Assembly (NCBI RefSeq): GCF_009914755.1
Contig: NC_060925.1
DNA: 64,000 nt
Strand: one strand, 5' to 3'
Origin: the human T2T-CHM13v2.0 reference genome, Homo sapiens
Part shown: positions 28,193 through 40,270 of the stretch, one piece after another
Layout: each line of letters opens with the position of its first letter
How positions within the stretch are numbered: the stretch's first letter is position 1
Translations under genes and position numbers: made by a program
The notes under the pieces: model-generated
Seen by the model: the letters and a program-made list of their open reading frames with translations, nothing else
Told to the model about the DNA's origin: nothing
Databases searched by the model: none

Positions 28193-30160
28193 GAGTTCCT
28201 GATTGTTCTTTTTTCCTCTCAGTTAAAAGGAAGCAAGCTCATCAACTGAGTGTAATGGTTATGGGGAGAACTGCTGAAATTTTGAGGATGGGCAAGAGGG
28301 TATGAAATAGTCATCAGGGGAATGAAAGTGAAAGTGAATGGAGTAGAGAAATGTAGTATCATTGCCAGGTGGCATGTGGACCCACTTGAGGTTCCTAGTC
28401 ATAAATTGAATGTAAAACAAAGCTTTTCTGTGTTTCTCCTGTTAAAGTAGATGCATGGATACTGAATAGGTAAATAGGTTTTTACCAAATCAGTACAATG
28501 AAGTGAGTGGCATAAGAAATGAGAGCATATCTAAGAGTTATTATAATAATTAACTATGGACATGAAGAAGGTGTTGGTAGGATCATAGACCCTGGTAGGC
28601 TTGTTGATGTGAGAGCACTTGAAAGAAAAAGGCGATGGTCAAAGAATGGGATAGTAGAAACTATTATTATTGGAAGGGTTGTGGTTACTGGAATTGGTAA
28701 GATCTAGATGTGACTGTGGGAATAGGTGGCTGAACTAGGATCAGGTATGAAGTCACTAGAAGAGAAGAGTTCGAGGATCTAAGAGGCTAAAGGGTTGGAA
28801 GAATTGTCCATTTGGATATTAAAGTCACCAAGAATTAAGTAAGAGATAATGTCAGTGAGCCAGGTGATAAAATCTTCTAGAAATGAAAGTAAGGGAATGA
28901 GGCATCTGTAGGTGATTGCAGTAAGAGATACTGGGTATCTCTTTTTTTAAAGAGTTGGGAATGATACAATAGATGGAGAAAATGTAATATGGGAAGGAAA
29001 GATAATATGATAAAATGTAATATGATAAAATATGATAATGTGGGAGGAAAAGATGATGTGGTATAGTTGAATAACATGAAGTTGAAGGATTGGCTAGAAT
29101 TGTTTAGGGAAAAGAGTCTAAAAACAGTGATGAAGAACATAAGACTCCTCCATTGACCTCTAGGTTCAGTGATAAAAGAGGAGTATGGGAGATAAACGCT
29201 AGCACTGGAGGATGAAGGGAAGGTTTAGAGAAGAGGTTAAGGATACAGGGAATTTTGCTGATGACTGAAATGATTTCCAGATGGTATAGTGCTCGTGAAG
29301 AGAAAAGAGGACTTTTCTAGTTTAATGAATTTATTAAAACTTTGAATTTTTGTAGATCATTTTTTAGCTTAGAAATGGTTGAATTAGAATGATGTCAGAC
29401 CAGCTATTTTGTACTGTTTTATATTTGGTATTATTGGGGAAACTAGCCTTAAAATAAACTGAAAATTCTAATTATCTTCAAATTATTTATGAGCACATTA
29501 ATCACAAAAATCACTAATTTCTAATAGAAAATTTTTCTAAAAAATAGCACAAATGAACTTGTAAAATTTGTCCTATTCTACCATTGAGTCTTCAATTTCA
29601 TTGAGATAATTAGCAGTCATATTATTTGAATGTCTACCTTCTCACTATGTGTATGTCCTTAAGGGAATAGTATCATTTCATCTTACGTCTTCTGCTTCTC
29701 ATAGTCATGCTGAACATGTAGATACAAGTAAATAATACTTACATGTAAATGACAATAAATATTTTATTTGAATAGGAAAATGTGATTGGACCAGTTTATG
29801 AAAAAAAGGTTTAGTTATTCAAATATTTCTCAAAGAATTAAATTAAGAAAGCCTCATACTTGTAGTATCTAATATTTAAGTAGTTTTTCATCAATATTTT
29901 TATTTAGTAATTTATAAAGAAAAGATTAAGAAAACATTCTAATGGAAGTTTTTTGGGGAAAAAAGTATAGCCATTAATTTTAAGTTAATATTATAAGGAC
30001 AGTTTTGAAACAGACTTTCAAGGATTTATATTTGAATACCACCTGAATTGTCTCTAGTATAATTGGCCCAAGAGGGAAAAGGAAGATAGATATACTTTGT
30101 CATTAACGTATTATTAATATCTATAAATCTTTTCCAATGTGAAGTTTGGTAGAAAGTAAA

Positions 30161-30176
30161 CAGCGCCACCGAGTGG
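30161..30176 (-). promoter_or_regulatory. Candidate CTCF site
   Basis: Minus strand CCACTCGGTGGCGCTG, one mismatch to CCASYAGRKGGCRCTR. Confidence 0.6.
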
Positions 30177-30235
30177 TGGTATTAAGGAGCTTTAGTCACT
30201 TGGAAATAAATAATTCTCTGCTTTCTTTTCAACAG

Positions 30236-30464
30236 TTTTCCATCCAATTATCTTAGTAACAACAATCAGACTTCTGTGACACCTGTACCATCAGTTTTAC
30301 CAAATGCGATTGGTTCTTCTGCCATGGCTTCAACAAGTGGCCTAGTAATCACCTCTCCTTCCAACCTCAGTGACCTTAAGGAGTGTAGTGGCAGCAGAAA
30401 GGCCAGGGTTCTCTATGATTATGATGCAGCAAACAGTACTGAATTATCACTTCTGGCAGATGAG
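30236..30464 (+). CDS. SH3GLB1: SH3GLB1 exon 10, Ser/Thr-rich linker and start of SH3 (ARVLYDYDAANSTELSLLADE)
   Basis: caacag|T acceptor, GAG|gtgagt donor; 229 nt; SH3 VLYDY motif. Confidence 0.97.
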
Positions 30465-30704
30465 GTGAGTATTGTGGGTATGAGAAGGAAAATATATCAC
30501 GAATTGACATACCTTCTAATATTATAACAAAATGCAAATTCCTCATTAGTTATTTGGAAATGGTTTCATAGATTACAGATAGTTATATTAACATAAAATT
30601 TTAATTAATATTCTTTAATAGAATATCATAGAAATATTTAAAACTTTTAACTGCCAAATAACTTGAAGATGTATAAAACTCCCTCCAATAAGATCCTTTA
30701 TCTA

Positions 30705-31010
30705 GGCCAGACATGGTGGCTTACACCTGTAATCTCAGCACTTTTGGGAGGCCAAGGCAGTGGGATCACTTGAGGCCAGGAGTTCAAGACCAGCCTGGGC
30801 AACATAGCGACACCTCATCTCTACAAAAAATATGAAAAATTAGCTGGGCATGGTGGTGTGCGCCTGTAGTCCCAGCTACTCAGGAGGCTAAGGTGGGAGG
30901 ATCGTTTGAACACGAAAGGTCAAGGCTGCAGTGAGCCGTGATCATGCTGCTGCACTACAGCCTGGGCAACAGAGTGAGACCCTGCCTCAAAAAACTAATA
31001 ATAATAAATA
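30705..31010 (+). mobile_element. Alu (J-like) in the last intron
   Basis: Full length; ggtcaaggctgcagtgagc. Confidence 0.95.
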
Positions 31011-31155
31011 AATCCTTTGTTTTTCAGCACAATTGATAATAACGTTTAAAGTCCTTTTGGTGAATAATTTAAACAAATTAAATACAAATCTGATTGGTTT
31101 TCTACTTGTTTATTTTTTTAATGTAGTTAATAACTGGAAGTATTTTATTTTGCAG

Positions 31156-31263
31156 GTGATCACTGTGTTCAGTGTTGTTGGAATGGATTCAGACTGGCTA
31201 ATGGGGGAAAGGGGAAACCAGAAGGGCAAGGTGCCAATTACCTACTTAGAACTGCTCAATTAA
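31156..31263 (+). CDS. SH3GLB1: SH3GLB1 last coding exon, SH3 C-terminal half (VITVFSVVG...GKVPITYLELLN*)
   Basis: tttgcag|GTG acceptor; 108 nt to TAA; SH3 DW...G.VP.TY motif. Confidence 0.97.
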   Translation: MITVFSVVGMDSDWLMGERGNQKGKVPITYLELLN

Positions 31264-31323
31264 GTAGGTGGACTATGGAAAGGTTGCCCATCATGACATT
31301 GTATTTATATACAATTAACTCTA

Positions 31324-31661
31324 AATAAAGCAGGTTAAGTATCTTCCATGTTAATGTGTTAAGAGACTGAAAATACCAGCCATCAGAAACTGGCCTTTCT
31401 GCCAATAAAGTTGCATGGTAAATATTTCATTACAGAATTTATGTTAGAGCTTTCATGCCAAGAATGTTTTCTTACAAAATTCTCTTTTTATTGAGGTTTC
31501 ACTAATAAGCAGCTTCTACTTTTGAGCCTCAACTTAAAGCAGAACTGTTTTCTACTGGATTTTTCATTAACAGCAAGCTTTTTCTTTTATGTAAAATAAA
31601 TCTATTGTGAATTGATATCAGCGACTCATTTATTAGGTATAAATAATAGCCAAAGAATAAA
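31324..31661 (+). terminator. Cluster of proximal polyadenylation signals
   Basis: AATAAA at 31324, 31404, 31595 and 31656. Confidence 0.6.
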
Positions 31662-32332
31662 ATTAAAATTTATTTTAAACTTTCGGTCTTAAAAAGAGCT
31701 GTAGGATATAAACCTCTTTTGTGAAAAGTAGAATTTTCTGAATGCTTTCATAGACAAAAACGCATTTAAACTATGTTTACCTGGTTTTCCAACAGAAATC
31801 AAATGATTTTAATATTATGTTTTGATGGGTTATTTTCAGAGTTGTTTGGTTTTTTAAACACTACTGAATGGTTTCTTTTAAATTTAAGAACAACTAGTTC
31901 TTGAAAAGCAATACCGTATTTCTCTGATAAATTTGTAGTTAAGGTTCTAGAAAATCTAGGACAAATTTACTTCATTAAACATAAAGTTTTTAAGATTATT
32001 CAATTGGCACAATTTAATGCATAATTGGGATTGGATCCATTTACTGTACTGTGGTACAGTAAAGAGAATGTGTTCTTATTGAACAGCAGATTTGTATACA
32101 AATACGGAATAATGCAACTACATTATAAATTGTATACGAACAAAATAAATTGGGTCACTCTGAGCTTACTATTAAAACATTGAAAATTTATTAATGAACA
32201 CAGGCTATCTTGATGAGGATCTCTGCTTATGAAACACATACTAATGAAATTATTAGTGACACATTGGAAGCTAGAAAATTGCTGTTGGGGCCATTGCTAT
32301 AAATCATTGTTTCCATGTTAAGACTTCTGTTC

Positions 32333-32640
32333 TAATTCATTCATTCAACAAACATTTGTTGAGGGCCAGATACTGTGCTGGTCAACTGGGGATACTGTCC
32401 TGAACAATATGCACACAGTTCTTGCCCCTGCAGAGCTTAAAGACCATTAAAGGATACAGAAAATTAAGCAATTATCCTATAGTAGGATTCGTGGTGTGAT
32501 GGGGAAAATACAAGGTACTGTATTTGGGAGTCATGTAACTCCAGTTTTGGGAGTGAGAGAGGGTCTGGGGAAGAACTGTTCCAGATAAAAAGATGTGTAA
32601 CCAAGATAGCATAGCACATTCTGACAACTAAAGCAATTTA
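32333..32640 (-). mobile_element. L2 3' end in 3'UTR
   Basis: ttcattcattcaacaaacatttgttgag... Confidence 0.7.
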
Positions 32641-33159
32641 CTCTAACTTAAGCATGAAGTACAAAAGTATAGTTCATTTATTGAGGGAATGTTAAGCTAT
32701 TAAAATGATACTTTTTGGTACTTTTAAAAAAATGAATACTTAAACACCGTTTTAAAATTTTGTGTTAAGAGCTCCTAATAAGAACTTGGTAAACATGTTG
32801 ACAATTTAACTCACAGTCTAAACTTTAAAAGTAGTAGTTACCCTTTTATTTCTGTGCCATGAGACAAATTCTTCTGCAGTTTTATAGTTGTACAAGATGT
32901 TTTGACTCACTCTCAATTGCCATATTCTTAAAGAAACCCTGAAAAGCTGCTCAAGCTGGTCAGTTTTCTGTAAAACCAAGTAAATGAAATTTTCTCTCCC
33001 CTCAGAAAGGAAGTTCTACAGCCTAGAGTACCATCTATTGTGTTTTATAAGTCCAGATTTAGGCTTTGAAAGATCATACCAAAACTTCAGATCGACTTAA
33101 ACAGCAACTATGAATTAGGTTTATGGGAAATGTAGTAATACAGGGGAAAGAATATCGGT

Positions 33160-33380
33160 AATGGAGTGAAATGGTCCTGGGTTCAAATCCAGTCTTCCTC
33201 ACATATTGTGCTCTTTAAGCTTCAAATGAGATGTATAACTGCCTTTTCCTTACCAGTAAAATGAGGACAATAATTATGACACCATAGGGTGGTTGTGAGG
33301 ATTAGCAAATGTTATCTTGTATTTCAGGTGCCTTTCAGGGAAAGGCTTGGCACATAGTAAACACATCCTGTAAATATCAG
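33160..33380 (+). mobile_element. MIR in 3'UTR
   Basis: cctgggttcaaatcc...gtaaaatgagg...catagggtggttgtgaggatta. Confidence 0.75.
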
Positions 33381-34614
33381 TTTCCCCTTGTTAGCCCCTG
33401 TAGCATCCTGACCTACCAAGTCTATAGGCCTTGCATATCACTGTGCACCAGAGATACCTCTTTTACATCTGGGCTCTGTTTTCTCTCTATCAATCCTATC
33501 CTCCACCCTCTTTAAATCAGACCCCAGGTTTAACCTTCCCACAGTCAGTATAAATCATTTTTCAGAACTTTCAGCTTTCCATCAAGTGAAAGTTGATTTT
33601 AGTTACCCAGTAATGTACAGAAACCTTCAATAATGTTAAGCTTCAAAGGCTTCTGGTACGTTTGTCTACCACAGAACCACCACAATATATATGCTTGTTC
33701 TTAGGTTTATTGCTTTTTATTTTAATGGGGTTTGGTTGTTTGGGTTTTATTTTGGTTTTGGCTTATTTTAAAGTCAAGTTTAGTTTTTACTCAGGTAAAG
33801 GCCTGAAGTTTCTTGGGCGTGGAAGAAAAAGCTTGGGAAGCCTATTAATTCATGGTGCAGTTCAGAATTGTTTAAATAAGCTCTGTGCCACTGAGCTTAA
33901 TCTGAAAGTATAGTGACATGTGAAGGATGCACATATGAATGAAAAACTAAAATAATTGTAGGCTCTTCTATAAATGAAAAAAAAAGTGATTGGATTGTGT
34001 CTACCTTTTTCCTCAAAGTAATCTAACCTAAACGGTCATGGTGTTAAAACTTTTTATGGTGCTAATCAGAAAAATTGATGTTGCAAGAAATGAGGTCTCA
34101 AAAATGGGAATGTGCCTCCTCACTCTGCGTCACATGGGAAATAAATCCTGAGGCCAGGATCACCAGTGGGGTAGAGTCATCTTCATAGTCTCCTGTTATC
34201 CTCCCCCTGAACAAAGAACAAAGTGAGACTGGGAAGCTAGTGTTGGGGAAACATTTCTGGGATAAACTGTGGAGTGGAGAAGACAATGGAGGGCAAGGCA
34301 AAAACCCACAGACTTGTTTACCCATAGAGGCCCCACTCACCTCCATGCTGACAGAATTCCAGAAAAATTCCTTCCCTATCTCCCAAACACCTGAAATTCT
34401 GAAATATTGCCCTACTATTTAGCACTTTAAGCTTCAGTGAGGTGCTGTAATGGAGAGATAGCTTCATAGTTTAGCCTATAGCCAACTTTGCCTCAAGACC
34501 TCCAGATAAGATGAAGTGGCTTTTACCTCATGTGAGTCTCAAACGCTGGAGAGAGAGTTCCACAACCACCCCTGCCCTTTCTCCCATATTACGCTCATTA
34601 GAAAGTCTACTCAG

Positions 34615-34910
<296 letters not shown>

Positions 34911-34926
34911 TGTCTACTCAGTAGAG

Positions 34927-35440
34927 CAGTGATTGGCAAAGTGTGAGACCCCAGACCGGCAATATTGGCATCTCCTGGAGACTTGTTTAAAATGCTGATT
35001 ACTATTTTCAAGAACTTTCTACCTTCATTTTTACTTATTTTTTGTTTTCAAGGGCTCATGGAATCAGTCTTCCATGTGACAGCTTTTTAAATATTTTAAG
35101 ACAAAAACTGAGTCTTCTAATCTTAATTGTGTTCTAGCAGTAGTCATTGTAATTATAGTTATTTTTATAATTTATTTGTTTAGTGTATATCTGTCACTCT
35201 AGAATGTAGGCTCCCTGAGATAAAAACTATAATTCTTTTGATGGCAGTTACATTCCCAACTCTTAGCACAAGATCTAGGACATAGTATGAACTCAATAAA
35301 TTTTTGTTGAATGAAAGAAAAATGCAAATTTATAAGCCTTTTCGGAGACCTACTGAATCAAACTCTGAGAGTGGAGCCCAGCAATCTGTTGTAAAAGCTG
35401 TTTGAGTAATACTGTTGCACTCTAAGCTTGAGAACCACTG
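34927..35440 (+). mobile_element. MER5A split by an insert ending in an L2 3' end
   Basis: Left half to ~34995, right half ~35320-35440 (ttgagaaccactg); L2 tail ctcaataaatttttgttgaatgaa between them. Confidence 0.65.
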
Positions 35441-35869
35441 CAATAGAACTAAGAGAACATTCATTTCACCTTCAGGCCTATTCTCTGACATCACTTGAAA
35501 AATCCTCTCTGCCTTCTGTAACCCTTACCAACAACAGTGCCCTGTCCATGTAGGGGAAACTTCTGGGCTGTATTACAAGTGGGTAGGAAGGTATAAGGAT
35601 ATCATAGTGGGAAGTATTGCTTAGAATGCCAGTACTTGTTTGCTGTGGAAGGTTTCTAGGAATGGATTGCTTAGTCTAAAGTAAGCACTACCACCATCCA
35701 CGTTTTCACTCAACACAGTGCCTTTTAATTGGTGACTAACATCAAAACACCTTGACAAACCGTTAAAACAGTATCAGAAACCATGTGTACATCCCTGTGC
35801 CTCTTAGATTGCTAAGTTCTGCTCTCATTCTTACTTCAAAGGACACTTTTTAAAGAATTGTTAATGCTT

Positions 35870-36385
35870 TTTTATAATACAAGTCATAGCCCTGTTGGCA
35901 AAAAGAAAAAAGATTCAGTGAGAAAGAAAAATCACTGATAATTCCATCATCCAGGGAGAACCACTGTTATTTAAGTATATGGCCTTCCAGACTTTTCTGT
36001 GCATTTATAGATATTTTTAATGGGATCAAAGTGTACATACTGTTTTGTAACTTTTTTTCACTCAACAATACCATGACTGTCTTGCTGTGTCAAGTATATT
36101 TCTACATCTCTTAATGGCTGCATGATATTCCATCATATGTGCCACATTTTATTAAACTACTGTTCAATTTTTAGGTTTCCAACTTTCATTAATAAAGTGC
36201 TTTAAAGAACATTGTGTTGCTAAATCTCGTATGTGTTCATATTTTCTCACGATAAATGCTTTGAAGTGGAATTGCTAGTGAAGAGGGTATGCCAGTTTTT
36301 AAAAGCTTTTGTTACTGCCATGTTGCCCCCTAGAAAACTCTAAGCAATTTATACTTTTATCAGCAGTATATGAGAGAATACTGTT
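35870..36385 (-). mobile_element. Old L1 (L1ME-like) 3' region
   Basis: ttaatggctgcatgatattccat...gaagtggaattgct...aatttatact...cagcagtatatgagag. Confidence 0.65.
36191..36196 (+). terminator. Distal polyadenylation signal
   Basis: AATAAA followed ~15 nt later by CA and GU-rich TTGTGTTG. Confidence 0.6.
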
Positions 36386-39300
36386 TCTTTTGGAGGGCTT
36401 CCAACTAGAATGTTCTTGGAGTCTTTGGTTTAAAAATAAAGGGTAAGAGGGAGATAAAAAGATCCTGCAAAATTAAAGTCCAGTCTTAAATTTTTCTTAA
36501 ATTATGACATTCATTTACTGTTCTTCCCTCTTTATCATATATTTTGTATTACTTTGGAAATGTTTGTAGTACTAGTTGCCTCTTGCTTTTATTCAGTCTC
36601 CTGGAAGCATTAATACCTTTCTGACGTTTGCAAAGACAGTAGAAGAACAATCTTAAGTAGACTTGAATCTTGAGGTATCTTTGATGCAGGTGTACTGTTG
36701 ATGGATTTAGGGAATGTAGCCGTAGTGGGGAAAGTAGGATTTTGGAAGGTAGGCAGAACAGTGGCTCTCCCACTTGTTTTCCTGGCCTTTTGTCAGTCAT
36801 TAAACCTCTCCCACTTTGAGCCTGCTTACTCATCTCTAGAATTAGAATACTATAAACCTACCTTGTAGCATTGAAAGGATTAACCATATTATGAAGAGTG
36901 GCTGGCACCTAGTGGATAATATTATGGCTTACTAGGATTTATAGATGAGCATGTTAGAGCATTTGCTATTGTCAACCTCTGGAGTAAATATCACTGCCAT
37001 TGCCAAAGAAAATCTTCCTTGAAAGCTGTCACAGTGAATGAGCATTGTCTTGTATATCCTTATACCTACGCAATCCTCATTCTTATGGAATCTGGCTCAT
37101 TTTTTCCAGTCAGGTATTCAAGTAATGTAACCAGATAAAACTCTCAGACAAGATGTACAGTGGAAGATTTCAACATTACCATGCTTAACAACAGTGTACG
37201 AAAGTGGTAATCACAGTCTTTTTAAGTGGTAAACCTTGCCAAACTGCCCCTTCTGATACTCCCCCACCCTTGGCCCACAGCTGATCTCAGTGCTTCGGGG
37301 GGCTGTACCTCTATGTGAGAGCCTGACATAGGACAGGTGACTCAGCTCAGTAACAGTATTGTTAATTAGCTAAGTCTCAGTAGCATCTCCAGGACTGGAG
37401 ATCACAGAATTGATTCATCCATAGTGAGAGAAATGTATTTAAAGAAGTATCTGAATTATAAAAGTTGCTCAGCAGTATTCAAAAAGATAGATGTCCCAGG
37501 GTTGAGCTGCAGTCATCATAGCAAAACCCCACAGACCAACCCATTTTAATATTTGGATGAACCATAATAAATTTAAATTAACATCTGTTGATTATAACTC
37601 AAACTGCTCAACCAATAAAGAATGAGTAGTAAGAGGACTTAAGGGGGTTGTAAGTAAGGAAGGCTATACAGGAAGCTTCAGGCTTACGAGAACAAGACGA
37701 ATAGCTAATTGGAGGTGAGATGGACTACCATTATAAGCAACTTTTCTGAGAGTCTGATGCACCAGGGTTTAGGGCACATGTTTCTGCTCAGTCTCATGTT
37801 CTAGTAAAGTTCTCTGAAGCTTGAGCTGTAGTAGGCAGTTCCCAACAACCAGGCATTTTGATACCTGCTTGCCTTTTCTATGTATTTTCTTGTGTTCAGC
37901 TTCACCTGAAGATCCTCATTTGTCAAGAATAAGCTCAAACTCTCATTCCTCTATGAAGAGATTCTGGATTCCGCAGGCAGAATTGCATACACACACACAA
38001 CTATCACATGCATTTTGCCTTGGATCACAATTACTTGCCAACTTGAAGGACAGGATTTTGTGTCCCCTGACACCTAGCACACCTAAAGCTGAGTTTTGGC
38101 AAGCCCATAGCTTGCTTGCAGCATTGTATTTGCAAAAAAATCTATTAATGATTCAAATTTGGTGCTATTATGTGTATTTGCCCTAAGAAACATTGGCTGT
38201 TTAGGACACCAATATTACAGAAAGCACATATCTACTTTTCTTGGAGAGTAATCCCCAGAATCTATCATCATGGTTATTACTTCATTGGCTCTGGTTAATT
38301 TTACGGTGCTCATCACTGACTCATACTTTACAAAACAGTAATTTGTTACAGCATGGACTTTTGCTGGCCACATCTATACTTCAAATTTAGGGTCAGTCAC
38401 ATCAAGGTTGGATGGGGGTATTTCCATTGTTGAGCTTTTCTATATAGATGTCTTCTGTAAAATGGGCTAAATTTCCTTCCTTTCTCCTTTTCTCTGCCTC
38501 TTTTCCACCCTTCCTTTTTTCCATTTCTATACATTCTCCCTCTCCCTTCTTTCAAAAAATTTACATGAGAAAATGTATAATAGAAGATCTTGATCAATTG
38601 ATATTTGTGAATGACAAATCTGACCCAGATTTCTGAGAACCAAAGAAAGATGTATGATCTGGCTTCAGATTGACTGTTCACATATAGAAACATGCTGGTT
38701 GCTCAGGAGACAGCTACTCATAAAGAAGCACTCATAAAGAGAGCACTGAGACATCAACACCAAAGCGGAGTTGAGGCCACAGTGCTGGCACTGATTCATG
38801 GATTAAATTGTACATGACTGCTGCATTGAAGTTTTCATCAAACTGAGAGTATAAATGGGCACAAAATTATTCACATTAACACCCTGAAACACAATGTCGC
38901 TGAGCCGTGGCCTGTCCGATCATCAGCAAGTGGAGGATTCCCCTCGCCTGTGTATGTTTTAGAATCTCCAGAGACACATCCACAGTCAATCCTCTTCTTT
39001 CTACCTGCTAGTGAAGACAGGCCTTCTATCCCAGCTCACACTCCTAACCTAATTGCCTCAGAAACTTTCTGCGGTCACTGCCAGTGAATCTGAGGTTTAG
39101 CATGCTGAAAGTCGGTAAAATGGGAAGGTCACCACTGGCATCTGATAGCCCATTCTACAGAAGTGGGTATGGAATGCCTGCAATAAGGTTGCTCATCAAG
39201 ATTCAAAATCTTACCTCAGTTACATGATAGAGTTTTCCTCACTGATACAACAGGGGCCCACTGCCTAGGCAACCACGTGGTGACAAGTATGTTACCCAGA

Positions 39301-39864
39301 CGTGTTTCTTGCTGACCTCTAACCCACCCCCTTCTTCAATGCTACCTACAGCCCACAGTGCTTGGCTCACTGCTGCCTCAGACAGAGAGGAAAGTCAGAG
39401 TTCTATGGCATGATGAGAGCCATTTCTTCCCTATTAGCACTCAATCGCAGGCTTCCCAGAAAGCACAGCTCTCTTTTAAGTACAAGAGCTCTTTAAATTT
39501 ACACACACAAAGCCAGTTCTCCCAGGAGAAAGCCCTCACCAGATTGTCTGGTGAAGATAAATTCCACTGTTGGACACTTTGCAGTCCTGGAACCAAGGCT
39601 CCCCTTTGTCCCATAGCTCCCCTTGGTGTCAGGGAGCTGCTCACCTGTCTATTTCTACCTTCATGATAAAGTCCCTTTTAAGGGCCGTATTACTTTATCC
39701 CACACTCTGGCATTGATTAGTACCATCTCATGGCATCCATATGCTTCAATATATTTGGACCCCAGTGTTAGGAGCAATAGAGTCCTACTCTATTCCTGAA
39801 CTATAAAATGTTACTATTCAGCCCAGACAGAATGTTTTATTGCAAAACCACCTAGCACAGAAAT

Positions 39865-40270
39865 TGACTATAGACTTTGGAATCAAAAAAGCAAATTTTC
39901 AAATCTCAACTCTACCACCTTATTAACTGTGTGTTCAGTAAGTGACACAACCTGAACCTGTTTCTTCATCTACAAAGTACAGATTAAAATGCTTACCTCC
40001 TAGGTTTGTAGCAAACAGTACTTCTCAGACCAGCAGCATCAGCATCACCTAGAAATTTATTAGACATGCAGTCTCGGGCCGCTGCTGAATCAGAAACCCT
40101 AAGGATGGGTCAAAGCAATTTGCGTTTTAACAAGCCCTCGGGTGATTTGATGCATGCCAAAGTGGGCGAAACACCAGTTGCAAGGATTAAAAGAAATAAT
40201 GCACATAAGGGCTGGACTCAGTAACTGGCATACAGTAAATACTTAACAATTTCTAACTACTATTTTGTCA
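39865..40270 (+). mobile_element. MIR interrupted by MER5A (40016-40177)
   Basis: MIR halves flank accagcagcatcagcatcacc...tgaatcagaaac...ttttaacaagccc. Confidence 0.75.

Noticed and set aside
31261-31270. Stop-codon readthrough at TAA GTA G
   Set aside because: TAA-G is an efficient terminator; no TGA-CTAG readthrough context
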